From the NCBI GenBank assembly GCA_003707115.1, contig PPNB01000037.1, positions 1 through 59,826 of the forward strand: a stretch of DNA of 59,826 nucleotides. Reading direction: 5' to 3'. Each line of letters starts with the position of its first letter. Positions within the stretch are counted from its first letter, which is position 1. Source of the stretch: Tortispora ganteri. Lineage: Eukaryota. The translations under genes were made by a program, and so were the position numbers. The notes beneath the pieces were generated by a model. That model made no database searches. It was not told where the DNA came from and saw only the letters and a list, made by a program, of their open reading frames with translations. Positions 10,377-20,868 of the stretch are shown in pieces.

Positions 10377-13300
10377 ATGTCTGATAATGAAAGCTGGAAT
10401 GGTTTCGAATCAGATTCAAATAATATCGAAACAGTTACTGAACGTTCTGTTACTAAAAGACGCGCTCATGATCAAACAGACGACCAAGTACAGTCGATAC
10501 TCGATGTGAATGTGACATACAAAAGCAGCTTCTTTCATATGCAGCTTGATCGTTTATTGAAAGATGTATCTTATTCTCTAGATCATTCAGATTTTCATAT
10601 TTCAGACATAAAAAATGCAATAGAATCATCCAGTACCATTGGCCCTTTCTCTGCCAAACAGGCAATTACCTACTTCCATGATCATAGAATATCTATACCT
10701 TGGTCTAAGCACAAGCCTGAAGACTCGGAGCACTACTTATTTCAGTATCTACCACCTAAATTATCTGTTGTTGGATCATATGCGACCTCAACTCTGGTCA
10801 ACTCGTCATCGCGTCACCCAATACTTATAGACATAGACGCTATAATGCCTCCACAGCTCTTCTCCAAAAAGGATGTACTTGATTATAAATACTATCAAAA
10901 ACGAGCATTCTATGTCGCATCTTTAGCACTAACTCTAAAGCAACATAACTACTCTCCAATGTACGACTACCTACATGGAAACTTACTCCAGCCTATTCTG
11001 GTGGTACAGCTCTCGATTCCTGCAAACCCTCCTATCACTCTCAGATTCCTTCCTGCATTTTCTCCAGAGACACTCAACCTCAAAAGAATAACACTTGATA
11101 AACCAGGTATTAGGTTAGACTTAAGCGGCGCTGAAGTCTCCGAGCCAACTACATTTTATAACGCCTCTGTCTTGGTTGACTCTGCCCGTGAAACTCATTC
11201 CGCATTCTTGATAAAGTCTATCAAAAGCTCTTTTGAGTTCAAAGACGCTATGATCTTAGGTAAGGTATGGCTCAAGCAGCGTCTTCTTGGGTCTGATATT
11301 TCTGCAGGTGGTTTTGGCTCATTTGAATGGGCTATGCTTATGGCTGCTTTGATTAAAAACTCACACACTAGCGTTAACAAAACATTAATGTCTGGGTTTT
11401 CTTCATATCAATTATTCAAAGCAACTTTGACATTTATAAGTACTTCTGATCTTTTCAAAAACCCCTTGAAGTTTTCATCTTCGGAATCTAATGAATTCGC
11501 AAATACGGACCTATCAAAAATTGAAGCCCCTCACCTCTACGATACCTCAACTGGTGTTGATATACTGTATAAAATGAGTGAATGGTCTTACAGCTATCTT
11601 AAATATCAAGCTGAAATCTCGTTAAGTCTTCTAAACGACTTGAAAACTGATCATTTCAATGCTCTTTTTGTAAAACGATATTATCCGTCATTTGTTGCTG
11701 ACCTGCCATTTGAAATTCCTCAACTTTCTCCAATTAGTGATTCTCGGTACAATGCACAAGCTGTTGTACAATCAATACAGTACTACAGATTTGTGGTCCG
11801 CAGGATTTACAGAGTGATTACGCGCGGATTAACCGACCGCTGCCGATCTGTCTTTATTCTTCATAATACCACAACCAGCCCTTGGTCCGTGTCTCGTTCT
11901 TCCGGGTTCGATGAAAATTTACCTACAGATTTCTTTGTAGGTATTGTTCTTAACGTTGGCAATAATGAAGCGCCGCTATTCAAGGGACCTCTAATGGAAG
12001 AGGAAGCCGCCGCTAGGTCGTTTCGTGGATTCTGGGGCGAAAAAGCTGAACTCCGCCGCTTTGCCGACAGCACAATTCGTGAAGCTGTTTATTGGCCTAT
12101 AAGCCATGGGAAATCAGTATTAATAGAAGTATTGACTTATTTGTTTCAGCGACACTTTGAAATCCCTTTGCGTGGCGACAGTTCTCTGGTGTTTAAGCTT
12201 GATAACATCAACTATTATCTTCCGGAAAAGCCCACTTCTCATAGCATGGTATTGAACAATTTCAAAGCGATTTGGGAAACATTTGAAAAGATGGCGCGTA
12301 CTCTACGTGACCTCGATGAACTGCCCTTGTCTATTCGTTCTATCTTTCCCTCTAATTCAACTACATCTTTCACCTCTCTGAAACCTGTTGAACCGTTCGG
12401 GACGCTTGCTGAGACTTCTCTGGCTGAAGGGTACATTGTCTTTGAGTCTTCTAGCAGATGGCCGGATGAAATAGTGGCTATTCAGAAGACTAAAACTGCT
12501 TTTCTCATTACTATTGCCAATCTGCTTACTAAAGAGAATCCTTCGATAAAAGCATGTCTTGGACTCGAGAACCAAAACCAACCAACATTTAATAATTCTT
12601 ACTTGGATATTTATACTCCAGAAGGATATATTCTTAGGTACAGAGTCTACTACGATTTGGAGCACATGTTCCACTTGCGACTTGTTAACTTGGCCAATTC
12701 TGCTGCTGAGCGCCACAGTGCCGAAAAGTCGCTGGCAGAGTATCAGCAAATTGATAATATAATCTCTCATGCTCGTGAAACCAAAGCTCTAAGTTATAGA
12801 TTCTCATCGTTTTGCCAGACAGTCAGATTATTTAAGTACTGGTTATCATCACATTTTCTCTCTTCACAAATTCCTGAACCTGTCATCGAGCTTTTGGTTA
12901 TGAATATTTATCTAAATCCTATTGATGGTCACACTCCTGGAAGACCATCTTCTGGGTTTTTAGCTCTTTTGAATTTCTTAGCTAGATGGAACTGGCATTC
13001 TGATCCAATTATTGTCCAATCTGTCAATGATGAAGATCCTACGCCTAACACTTACTGGAAAAGCATCTCTGATAATGAAATGAAGCGACGTACTGCTACT
13101 GACTCTACATCTTGGTTTGTTGTGTCTTCTTCTCATAAACCATCTACTGCTCTCTTCACACAAAACGGTCCTTCAAAAGTTATTGCCAATAGAATAACTA
13201 GCCTTGCCAAAGCTGCGGTTTCTATGATAGAATTAGAAAATGCTTTGAACGTGGACGTTCTCTTTCACTCTTCACCGAGCAAATTCAACATTTGCGTGGA

Positions 13301-13664
13301 CTTGAACCCTTGGAATTATTCAAAGAAAAAGAAGTCTGAGTATAAAAATTTAGCTGCTGTAAAGGCTTACGATCTATCGCCTGAAGCCAATTGCCAGCCT
13401 CATTTGCAACTTTTTAAGGAACTCAAGTATGTCTACAAAGAATCTTTAGTTTGGTTTCATAACGAACTAAACTCAGAGCAATTTTATGCCCTTTGGAATC
13501 CTGTCTATTTGAATATAATGAACTTCAAAGTGTTAAGAGCTGCTAATACTGCACCAATTGATGCAAAAGTTCTTTCTTCTGTCACCCTTAATAAAGAAGC
13601 TATTGCAGAAGAAATAAAAAGGCTGGGTGCAGATTTGATCAATGCTGTCACGATTCAAAATTAA
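10377..13664 (+). CDS. UTP22: U3 snoRNA-associated protein Utp22 (Nrap family)
   Basis: VVGSY, KRAFY, GGFGSFEW, FWGEKAELRRFAD, SSRWPDE; 1095 aa. Confidence 0.93.
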   Translation: MSDNESWNGFESDSNNIETVTERSVTKRRAHDQTDDQVQSILDVNVTYKSSFFHMQLDRLLKDVSYSLDHSDFHISDIKNAIESSSTIGPFSAKQAITYFHDHRISIPWSKHKPEDSEHYLFQYLPPKLSVVGSYATSTLVNSSSRHPILIDIDAIMPPQLFSKKDVLDYKYYQKRAFYVASLALTLKQHNYSPMYDYLHGNLLQPILVVQLSIPANPPITLRFLPAFSPETLNLKRITLDKPGIRLDLSGAEVSEPTTFYNASVLVDSARETHSAFLIKSIKSSFEFKDAMILGKVWLKQRLLGSDISAGGFGSFEWAMLMAALIKNSHTSVNKTLMSGFSSYQLFKATLTFISTSDLFKNPLKFSSSESNEFANTDLSKIEAPHLYDTSTGVDILYKMSEWSYSYLKYQAEISLSLLNDLKTDHFNALFVKRYYPSFVADLPFEIPQLSPISDSRYNAQAVVQSIQYYRFVVRRIYRVITRGLTDRCRSVFILHNTTTSPWSVSRSSGFDENLPTDFFVGIVLNVGNNEAPLFKGPLMEEEAAARSFRGFWGEKAELRRFADSTIREAVYWPISHGKSVLIEVLTYLFQRHFEIPLRGDSSLVFKLDNINYYLPEKPTSHSMVLNNFKAIWETFEKMARTLRDLDELPLSIRSIFPSNSTTSFTSLKPVEPFGTLAETSLAEGYIVFESSSRWPDEIVAIQKTKTAFLITIANLLTKENPSIKACLGLENQNQPTFNNSYLDIYTPEGYILRYRVYYDLEHMFHLRLVNLANSAAERHSAEKSLAEYQQIDNIISHARETKALSYRFSSFCQTVRLFKYWLSSHFLSSQIPEPVIELLVMNIYLNPIDGHTPGRPSSGFLALLNFLARWNWHSDPIIVQSVNDEDPTPNTYWKSISDNEMKRRTATDSTSWFVVSSSHKPSTALFTQNGPSKVIANRITSLAKAAVSMIELENALNVDVLFHSSPSKFNICVDLNPWNYSKKKKSEYKNLAAVKAYDLSPEANCQPHLQLFKELKYVYKESLVWFHNELNSEQFYALWNPVYLNIMNFKVLRAANTAPIDAKVLSSVTLNKEAIAEEIKRLGADLINAVTIQN

Positions 13665-13729
13665 ATAATAAATAGAAGTCATAAATTTATTTTAATTCTA
13701 ATGTAGCTAAATAATCACCGCTATCCATG

Positions 13730-16700
13730 TCAGATAGTTGCAGCACAGTATCTATCTTCTACGGCCACAGGTTGATAAAATCCTTGTACCGCAGTCCATA
13801 CCGTATAGGTAAACTCTTGAATCCCTGTAACAGAATATGTATCCACCACTTGATACTGGTTACTATTCCCCACTCTCTCACTGCGAGTGTATTGAAACGA
13901 AAATGGCGGTGTGCCCGTAAAAGTGAATACAATACCCGTGTGGTCACCTTCCCTGATATGCGTATCCCCTTCCATCATTGAAACAGATGGCAAATCATGA
14001 ATAGTCATAGATACGTCTTCCACAAACAGTTTGCACGACTTGGTCTTATCTTCAATAGAAACTATAGAGAAATTTCCTGGCTGCGTCGCAACACGACTAA
14101 ATCTAAGTCCAGTGTTGGCTTTGAGGCTCACACCGTCAAATATATACTCAATGCTGAAAGGCGCCTCACCTGTAAGCGAATATGCCAATGTGTCTCCAAC
14201 GCAAGCATGCTTGGAATTGCTCAGAGGAATAATAGAGGGCTTGTCAACCACATGAATCGTAATGAACTCAGAAGAAGACACCCACGTTTGGGAACAGCCC
14301 CTATTGTCAATAACGGCGGAAATAGACACCGTGTGTATACCAAGATCTAAATCAGAGAGTTCATTGCTAATATCCCGTGTGAAATCGCTTATACCTCGAA
14401 TTGTCCTTTGATCGCTTCGTCCCGTATTATCGTGAACAATGTGCAACGTCACAGTAAATGGTGGCTCCCCAGATAATTCCAAAATAATAGGTTCAAGCCC
14501 TGAATGCGAGTCAATACAAGACTTAAAAGTACGTCCTTTAGCTCCAAAAGAAGCTCCCGGCCTCTTGCTAACCTCTTGCATGATTTTGATAGGTTTTTTC
14601 AAATTATGCAAACCCTTTCGAGATTCGTATCTTGAATCAAAAATATCATAGATAGTGTATTGATAATGCCCACTTTCATTTCCTTGTAATCTTAAGCTTG
14701 CATAAGTCGTCCCAGATCCCATTTCATCTGTGACACGAGACATCTTGACACCATTTTTCTCCCTGGAGTACAAGATACTAAATGGTGGTTTGCCAGTGAG
14801 TTGCAGTTCCACAAATGATTCCGTTCCCTCACAGATATTCTCCTTGTGATAAACAATTTCACCATCTGAATCAGAGCTTTGTCGAATCAAATCTGAGTCT
14901 TTCACAGCAACACTCGGCCTTGGCAACAATAAGACCTCGAATTCATCAAATTCATGGATTGGTGCACCTTCACAGAATTTATCTTTGACCGAAATAAGCT
15001 TATAAATTCCGGGAGTATCCACTGGAATATATGCTTTTGAATTATCAGGTATCACAACGGATTCTGTGTTTCCAGAAGGTCTTCTATATTGGATTTCCCA
15101 TGGTTTCTCTCCCATTAATCTGAGGTTCAACCGCGGGTGCTCATCTTCACGTATTGAAACCCGATAAGAGCCATCAGTATTAGGTCTGAAGCCAACAGAA
15201 GGCCTTTCACGCCTAACTTCGACTACAGCCTCTTCGCCACTTAGAAGTCGTTTGCACCCTTTGCCATCTTGAATGCTAACAAGATTGACGTGATATTGTC
15301 CTCCTCTCTGAAACTCGGGAGTCCTGATGAGATATTCAGAGGATTTAATATTATCAATTGTGTACGACTTTCTGGATCTGGAATGAACAATCTCATAAGT
15401 CAATGAGAAGGGTTCATTTCCTCGCAAAAGAACGTCTAAAGTGACAGCTTCGTTAGAGCATGTTCTTATCTGCTCCTTTACCTTAAACATCGCGTCAGCA
15501 AGCACTAAAAATGTTTGCGAAGCACTATGCGTCTTCGGATCAAGCGATACGACAGGATAAAGCTTATCAGATAGACTAAAAAACTCATAGGTGTATTCTC
15601 CGGCCTTTTCTGACTTGAACTCAAGCTTATGTCTAGTTTTATCAATCATCAAAGTCTCCGTGCGAATGTTCTTTCCATCAAGAAGAATGCGATAAGATAC
15701 GCGGAATGGAGGGGTACCAGACAAGCTAAGTTCGGCTGTAATACCAACAGATCCAGCGCAAGGATCTGTGATTTCTTCAAAGCTGACATCTAACTGAGGT
15801 CTTGGTGCAACTATAACAGCGCATTGAGCAGGATCCCGCACATCTCCACCACAATGACTTCCTTGAATAGAAAGAATTCTGTATTTACCTGGATCCTGGA
15901 GATTTAAAAACGAATACTTGTCCTTAGAGGTGATATTGAATAAACGGTATTGAGATTGGTCTTCCGAGACAAACTCCATTTCAACCTCAAACGGTCCTGT
16001 TTCCGTGCCACTGTCTATTTTATAGCTCAACTTACCAGACTCCCCTTCGATAATTTTCACAGGATTTTCAGCATCACAGCCTGTAAATTGAATTGAGGGA
16101 CGAGAAATAACGTCGATCTCACAAGCCAAATTTTTATCTCTCAAATGATGAAACTCGTTGGTGTTTGAATCAAAAGCAGAGTATTCCATGGTATTACCTA
16201 ATGCATCAGAAACTTGCTCGACAATATAGGACCATCTTCCAGCAGTGTTGAGATTTCCATCAATTTCCAGGACTACATTGTGCGGTCTGTGTCTGGAAAC
16301 CACCTCAACAGGATTGCTCAATAAGTTCGAGCCAATTAAATCTTTAGACAATTCTATGGGGACAAAATCGTCCGGTTGCACAGAGTCTATATCAAACTTT
16401 GCCGTTCGTCCTGCGACGATACGTCGATACCTAACATTGAGGGGAGGAACACCCTCCACAATAATCGTAGGGCTATAATTCTCACCTAAGCATTTCTTTG
16501 CCACAGAAGATCCCAGATCTTGAGGAATAATAGCGGCTGAAGGACAAGAAGGAACAAATGCTGATGAACCTATCAAATGAATATCAAGGTCCTGGTCATC
16601 CAAAATCTTGATAACTCTATATAGCCCTGGCGCAGAGATAGGTATATGTAAGTAAGATATTGAAGGATCTTCCGCGTCTGGCTTTAAGTTAAGGCGTTTT

Positions 16701-17719
16701 CTTATCGCAGATCCGGTCAATGAAATAATCTCTGGTCCCTCCTGCTTCGTATCAAATGAGTAGAATTCCCACTGGACCAACTTTGGCTCTGACGAATTCA
16801 TGCGCAAAGGCAAAGAAGCTTCTGAAGTAGGTGAAATACAAACAACTTCATTGTAAGGATTAAAGATTGCCGTACTTTCTGGTAGAACTGTGATTTCGAA
16901 ATGGCCGGAGATGCGATTGAATTGACTTTTTAGCTTTCTCATGTTGACCCGCTTCTCAGACAAGGCTATTTGCGGAGAATCTGAAGAATGAAAAGGTTGC
17001 GATAGCAGCAACATGAATGGTATAGTTACTCTCAGAACTAGAAGGAAGTTCATAAATGAAAAAATGACTGAGAGCGCAAAAGCAATGGCAGGGCGGAAAG
17101 AGAGCCAAGGAATGCGAAGAAGCGGTAAGAGGTTAAGGAATAGAATGTCGATAATTGTGTATTTAAAACAAATGTTCAAGTCTCTGTCGTTGTAAGGATG
17201 TCTGTATTGTATGAACATGTCGTAAAGTTTCATTGCCTGCAATGAGGAGAAAAGAATCAGAACAATGAAACGTTGGTACCCTGCTTCAAGTATATACTCG
17301 GGTATTAAGGGCGTCAATCCTTGTTTCTTAGATTTAGCCGGTAAAGCTGAGCGAGGTTCTGATGTAGATATATCATTCTTAAACTTAAGCGGTTGTTGAT
17401 CTTGGTAAAGCGGCTGTCTCGCTGCGAATGAAGTTGATGAGCTTGAAGTAGGAGTTTCCGGAGTAAACCCACCTGGCACAGATTTTCGTGGTCGGGGAGA
17501 ATTTACCTTTGCGATTCGTGTTTGACTCTTTTCGGATGAATCTATAATAGTGTGGTGACTTCTAAAAGGCGTCGGAGCACCAACAGGAGTTGAGCTAGAA
17601 TCAGGACTGTAGTGTACTGAGCCTGCGAAGCGAAGAGGGGCTCCAGGACTAGGTGCATATGCCTTGTCGGCTAAATATCCCCTCTTCTTTAAAAATTTAG
17701 ATGGAATGTCTTTCTCCAA
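13730..17719 (-). CDS. POM152: Transmembrane nucleoporin Pom152 (start codon uncertain; ORF opens at TTG)
   Basis: PLIPEYIL..QRF region and TM segments, then repeated Ig-like units (G.PPF...Y; V.D..C); 1329 aa. Confidence 0.88.
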   Translation of the reverse strand: MEKDIPSKFLKKRGYLADKAYAPSPGAPLRFAGSVHYSPDSSSTPVGAPTPFRSHHTIIDSSEKSQTRIAKVNSPRPRKSVPGGFTPETPTSSSSTSFAARQPLYQDQQPLKFKNDISTSEPRSALPAKSKKQGLTPLIPEYILEAGYQRFIVLILFSSLQAMKLYDMFIQYRHPYNDRDLNICFKYTIIDILFLNLLPLLRIPWLSFRPAIAFALSVIFSFMNFLLVLRVTIPFMLLLSQPFHSSDSPQIALSEKRVNMRKLKSQFNRISGHFEITVLPESTAIFNPYNEVVCISPTSEASLPLRMNSSEPKLVQWEFYSFDTKQEGPEIISLTGSAIRKRLNLKPDAEDPSISYLHIPISAPGLYRVIKILDDQDLDIHLIGSSAFVPSCPSAAIIPQDLGSSVAKKCLGENYSPTIIVEGVPPLNVRYRRIVAGRTAKFDIDSVQPDDFVPIELSKDLIGSNLLSNPVEVVSRHRPHNVVLEIDGNLNTAGRWSYIVEQVSDALGNTMEYSAFDSNTNEFHHLRDKNLACEIDVISRPSIQFTGCDAENPVKIIEGESGKLSYKIDSGTETGPFEVEMEFVSEDQSQYRLFNITSKDKYSFLNLQDPGKYRILSIQGSHCGGDVRDPAQCAVIVAPRPQLDVSFEEITDPCAGSVGITAELSLSGTPPFRVSYRILLDGKNIRTETLMIDKTRHKLEFKSEKAGEYTYEFFSLSDKLYPVVSLDPKTHSASQTFLVLADAMFKVKEQIRTCSNEAVTLDVLLRGNEPFSLTYEIVHSRSRKSYTIDNIKSSEYLIRTPEFQRGGQYHVNLVSIQDGKGCKRLLSGEEAVVEVRRERPSVGFRPNTDGSYRVSIREDEHPRLNLRLMGEKPWEIQYRRPSGNTESVVIPDNSKAYIPVDTPGIYKLISVKDKFCEGAPIHEFDEFEVLLLPRPSVAVKDSDLIRQSSDSDGEIVYHKENICEGTESFVELQLTGKPPFSILYSREKNGVKMSRVTDEMGSGTTYASLRLQGNESGHYQYTIYDIFDSRYESRKGLHNLKKPIKIMQEVSKRPGASFGAKGRTFKSCIDSHSGLEPIILELSGEPPFTVTLHIVHDNTGRSDQRTIRGISDFTRDISNELSDLDLGIHTVSISAVIDNRGCSQTWVSSSEFITIHVVDKPSIIPLSNSKHACVGDTLAYSLTGEAPFSIEYIFDGVSLKANTGLRFSRVATQPGNFSIVSIEDKTKSCKLFVEDVSMTIHDLPSVSMMEGDTHIREGDHTGIVFTFTGTPPFSFQYTRSERVGNSNQYQVVDTYSVTGIQEFTYTVWTAVQGFYQPVAVEDRYCAATI

Positions 17720-17970
17720 TGCGGCAGATTAAGAGGCAGAGTTATTCTGCTTGTTGTTTACTTTTGACGGTGGGGTTATACAAAAATATAGAATCATAGT
17801 GTATCAATTTAGGGTTATTTGGTTACTATGTGAAGTAGGGTATTATGCTGTCACAGTGTTCTTTTTGTCTGGCGGGGCAGTGACGCATGATGACGCCCAC
17901 AGTTGGGAGAGCAAACAATCTCGAATATACATTTAACCATCACATTTAAATAAAAAGAAATTAAGAAATC

Positions 17971-18422
17971 ATGAGTTCTGAAAAGAAGGAGGTTGAAGCC
18001 GCCATTGAACGTAAAATCCGTCTTACCCTGGTCTCTAAGAATGTAGAACTCCTTGAGGAAATCTCTACTAAGATTGTCGAGGCTGCTAAGAAGAAGATCT
18101 ACTCTGAATCCAAGCCCAAGACCAGTGTTCGCGGAAAATACGTCAAAGGACCTACCCGTATGCCTACTAAGAACTTACGAATTTCTACCAGAAAGACACC
18201 TAATGGTGAGGGTTCAAAGACTTGGGATGCCTATAACATGCGCATCCATAAGCGCGTCATTGAGTACGTATTCGGAAATATCGCGTGCAAATATATTGCA
18301 GTTTTACTAACATTTTTAGCATCGTCACAACAGCTGACTTTGTCCGACAAATCACTACTCTCTACTTCAACCCTGCTGTTGATGTTGAGATCACTGTCGC
18401 TACTGAAGATGATGAAGAGTAA
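17971..18422 (+). CDS. RPS20: 40S ribosomal protein uS10/S20; exons 17971-18263 and 18320-18422
   Basis: [28 protein letters not shown]; 56-nt intron 18264-18319 (GTACGT..TACTAAC..TAG) restores [22 protein letters not shown]. Confidence 0.95.
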
Positions 18423-18533
18423 TCTTTCTCTCTTCTCTCTATACGTCCTATCTTTATGTAGATTTATGAGGATATATTTGCAAAACAAGGAAGACAGTTA
18501 TCAGTCGTAGTATCAGCAATTTTTTTTGCAGCG

Positions 18534-20720
18534 TTATACCAATTCGATAGGAGGAGGCATCAATGGAACTTTTCCTAATGTGAATTCACTGCTTTTGAAT
18601 GCTGATAAGTCATCGTTTGTTAGTTCAGACAATGGTGTCATTGGTTTGATTCGCAAACCATACGGTAGAGATTGTTCTAAGAGCTGCACTCTTGAGATTT
18701 CTTTGGTTTCCGCTTGATCTTGTGGTTTTGCGGCTGCCCGTTCTCTCGTTGGCGTTGTCTCCATCATGTTAGTAGCACCCTTAGTCGTAGATACAAACGG
18801 GTTTGAATTGTTGGCTTCTACAGAGCCATCTTTCGCAAAAGGACTATCAGGCACATTACCGTCGGTTTTATTAGCCTGTGTCTTGAGTCCAAATGCTGCA
18901 CGAGCTTCAGTTGAAGAAGAAGTTGCTGCTGCTGATCCAAATGAGAGACCACCAATGTCCAGATCAGTGGATAACGATTCATGCTCATTTGGTTTTGTGA
19001 TGTCTTCATCAATATCCTCGTCATTATCTCCTGCTAGTACAGCAAACCTATTTCCTGTATTGGAGAAAGGAGATAGTGCCTTTTCTGGCTCCCTGAAACT
19101 GGAAGTTATGCTAGAGGGAAAGGAGGATTTTAAACCAAATGCAGAATTGCTTGATGCTGCTGCCGCAAAAGGTGAAACGGTCGACGTTGAACCAAACGCT
19201 GACTTATTGTTATTTGCAGCAACTGCCGCAAAAGGTGAAGCGGTCGACGTTGAGCCAAACGCTGACTTATTGTTATCCGCCGCAGCTGCCGCGAAAGGTG
19301 AAGCAGTCGACGTTGAACCAAACGCTGACTTATTGTTATTTGCAGCAGCTGCCGCAAAAGGTGAAGCGGTCGACGTTGAACCAAACGCTGACTTATTATT
19401 ATCCGCCGCAGCTGCTGCAAAAGGTGAAGCGGTCGACGTTGAACCAAAGGCTGACTTATTGCTGTTTGCAGCAGCCGCAAAAGGTGAAGCAGTCGACGTT
19501 GAACCAAACGCTGACTTATTGCTGTTTGCAGCAGCCGCAAAAGGTGAAGCGGTCGACGTTGAACCAAACGCTGACTTATTGTTATCTGCCGCAGCTGCTC
19601 CAAAAGGTGATGCAGTAGATGTGGCAAATGGGGACTTATTGCTATTCGAGCTGGCTACCTGAGCAAATGGAGATTGTGTGGTTCCTGAAATAGCAGGAGA
19701 AGCTTGTGTAGGTGCAAATTTAGCGAAGCCCCCGTTAGCAGTAATATTTTGGCCAGGAGACGAAGTTGCGGATGTCGTATTAGGTGTTGCCACTCCAAAT
19801 GAAGTAGCTCCAAAAGCAGGCGCAGCTCCAAATGTAGTAGATCCAAAGGCTGGGGTAGCTCCAAATGACGCAGCTCCAAAAGCAGGCGCTTGACCCGTGG
19901 CATATGTTGAGGTACCAAAAGCAGTGGGTGCCGAAGCAGTAGGGGTAGGTGTGGTTTCTGTTGTAGCCGGTCCTGGTCTCGGTGAGGGTGAGGCAGCCGG
20001 GGAGCTGAATGAAGTAGAACCAAAAGATGTGGAACCAAAGGCATTAGATGCAGGTGCTAAGGTTGATCCAAACGACGAAGAACCAAAAGCTGGTGATGAT
20101 TGCTTCGAGAATGGATTTGCTGTTGTAGAATTAGATGCAGAATAAGCGAATGGATTTGATGGCGCTGAATTATATTGTGCAAAAGGGTTTGCAGCATTCG
20201 AACTCGATGCAAGGGATTTTTGATTTGATGAGCCAAAAGAACCGAATGCGCCTGAAGGAGTTGAAGATTTGAAAGCAGTTGGTACTGGTTTAGCTAAAGA
20301 GGTAATATCTTCTTCTTTTGGTCCCCATTTCTGCATTGATTTGCCTGATTTAACTTGCTCTATGTACCTTACAGCCCAATCAGGATGAAGTTTAGTAAAA
20401 GCTAATACAGCGCGAATCCTTGTATTCTCATCATTTTCGAAATCAGTGTATTGTTTCTCTTCGCCATTTGAAACCGTTTCATAATACTTGGCCCGCAACT
20501 CCTCCGGCGACCAATCATACCCTGATATCAAGTTCGCCGATTTGCCTTCAGGGCCATAACAAGAGAAAGGATATACTGGCCAATTATCGACATCTTGCGC
20601 GATTGTTCTGCTGTCTAGTTTATCGGGAGGGTCTTCGACCCCGATTATATGCGAAAATTTGCAAGCAGAACCCTTGCGACAGTTTCCATTCAAAAAATAC
20701 TTACAAACAGATTTCGACAT
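18534..20720 (-). CDS. CCCH zinc-finger FG nucleoporin (Amo1/Nup42/NUPL2-like)
   Basis: N-terminal CKYFLNGNCRKGSACKFSH; WPVYPFSCYGP, SPEELR; many SAFG/SPF repeats; C-terminal F..EFTLGKVPLMPPP. Confidence 0.85.
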   Translation of the reverse strand: MSKSVCKYFLNGNCRKGSACKFSHIIGVEDPPDKLDSRTIAQDVDNWPVYPFSCYGPEGKSANLISGYDWSPEELRAKYYETVSNGEEKQYTDFENDENTRIRAVLAFTKLHPDWAVRYIEQVKSGKSMQKWGPKEEDITSLAKPVPTAFKSSTPSGAFGSFGSSNQKSLASSSNAANPFAQYNSAPSNPFAYSASNSTTANPFSKQSSPAFGSSSFGSTLAPASNAFGSTSFGSTSFSSPAASPSPRPGPATTETTPTPTASAPTAFGTSTYATGQAPAFGAASFGATPAFGSTTFGAAPAFGATSFGVATPNTTSATSSPGQNITANGGFAKFAPTQASPAISGTTQSPFAQVASSNSNKSPFATSTASPFGAAAADNNKSAFGSTSTASPFAAAANSNKSAFGSTSTASPFAAAANSNKSAFGSTSTASPFAAAAADNNKSAFGSTSTASPFAAAAANNNKSAFGSTSTASPFAAAAADNNKSAFGSTSTASPFAAVAANNNKSAFGSTSTVSPFAAAASSNSAFGLKSSFPSSITSSFREPEKALSPFSNTGNRFAVLAGDNDEDIDEDITKPNEHESLSTDLDIGGLSFGSAAATSSSTEARAAFGLKTQANKTDGNVPDSPFAKDGSVEANNSNPFVSTTKGATNMMETTPTRERAAAKPQDQAETKEISRVQLLEQSLPYGLRIKPMTPLSELTNDDLSAFKSSEFTLGKVPLMPPPIELV
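19165..19640. repeat. Coding minisatellite: 7 full 60-63 bp units plus a degenerate eighth (NNKSAFGSTSTASPFAAAAA)
   Basis: GGTGAA core recurs at 19171, 19234, 19297, 19360, 19423, 19483, 19543; degenerate GGTGAT at 19606. Confidence 0.95.
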
Positions 20721-20776
20721 GTGCCAGAGGTGACCACCAAATCAAATACTAAAAATAAATAAAAAAAATAGTAAAG

Positions 20777-20831
20777 TGCGATGACTGTGGATTGAACACA
20801 GGACCTTCAGATAACAATGTGACTGAGTAAA

Positions 20832-20863
<32 letters not shown>

Positions 20864-20868
20864 ACCGC
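20777..20868 (-). tRNA. tRNA-Phe(GAA) with 19-nt intron
   Basis: GCGGTGATAGCTCAGTTGGGAGAGCG TCAGA CTGAAG [19 nt] A TCTGA AGGTC CTGTG TTCAATC CACAG TCATCGCA, followed by a T-run. Confidence 0.95.

Noticed and set aside
19165..19640. CRISPR-like regular repeats
   Set aside because: No unique spacers; in-frame coding repeat in a eukaryotic nucleoporin
18766..19662. 298-aa antisense ORF and other alternative-frame ORFs over the FG repeats
   Set aside because: Stop-free frames are a by-product of the tandem repeat
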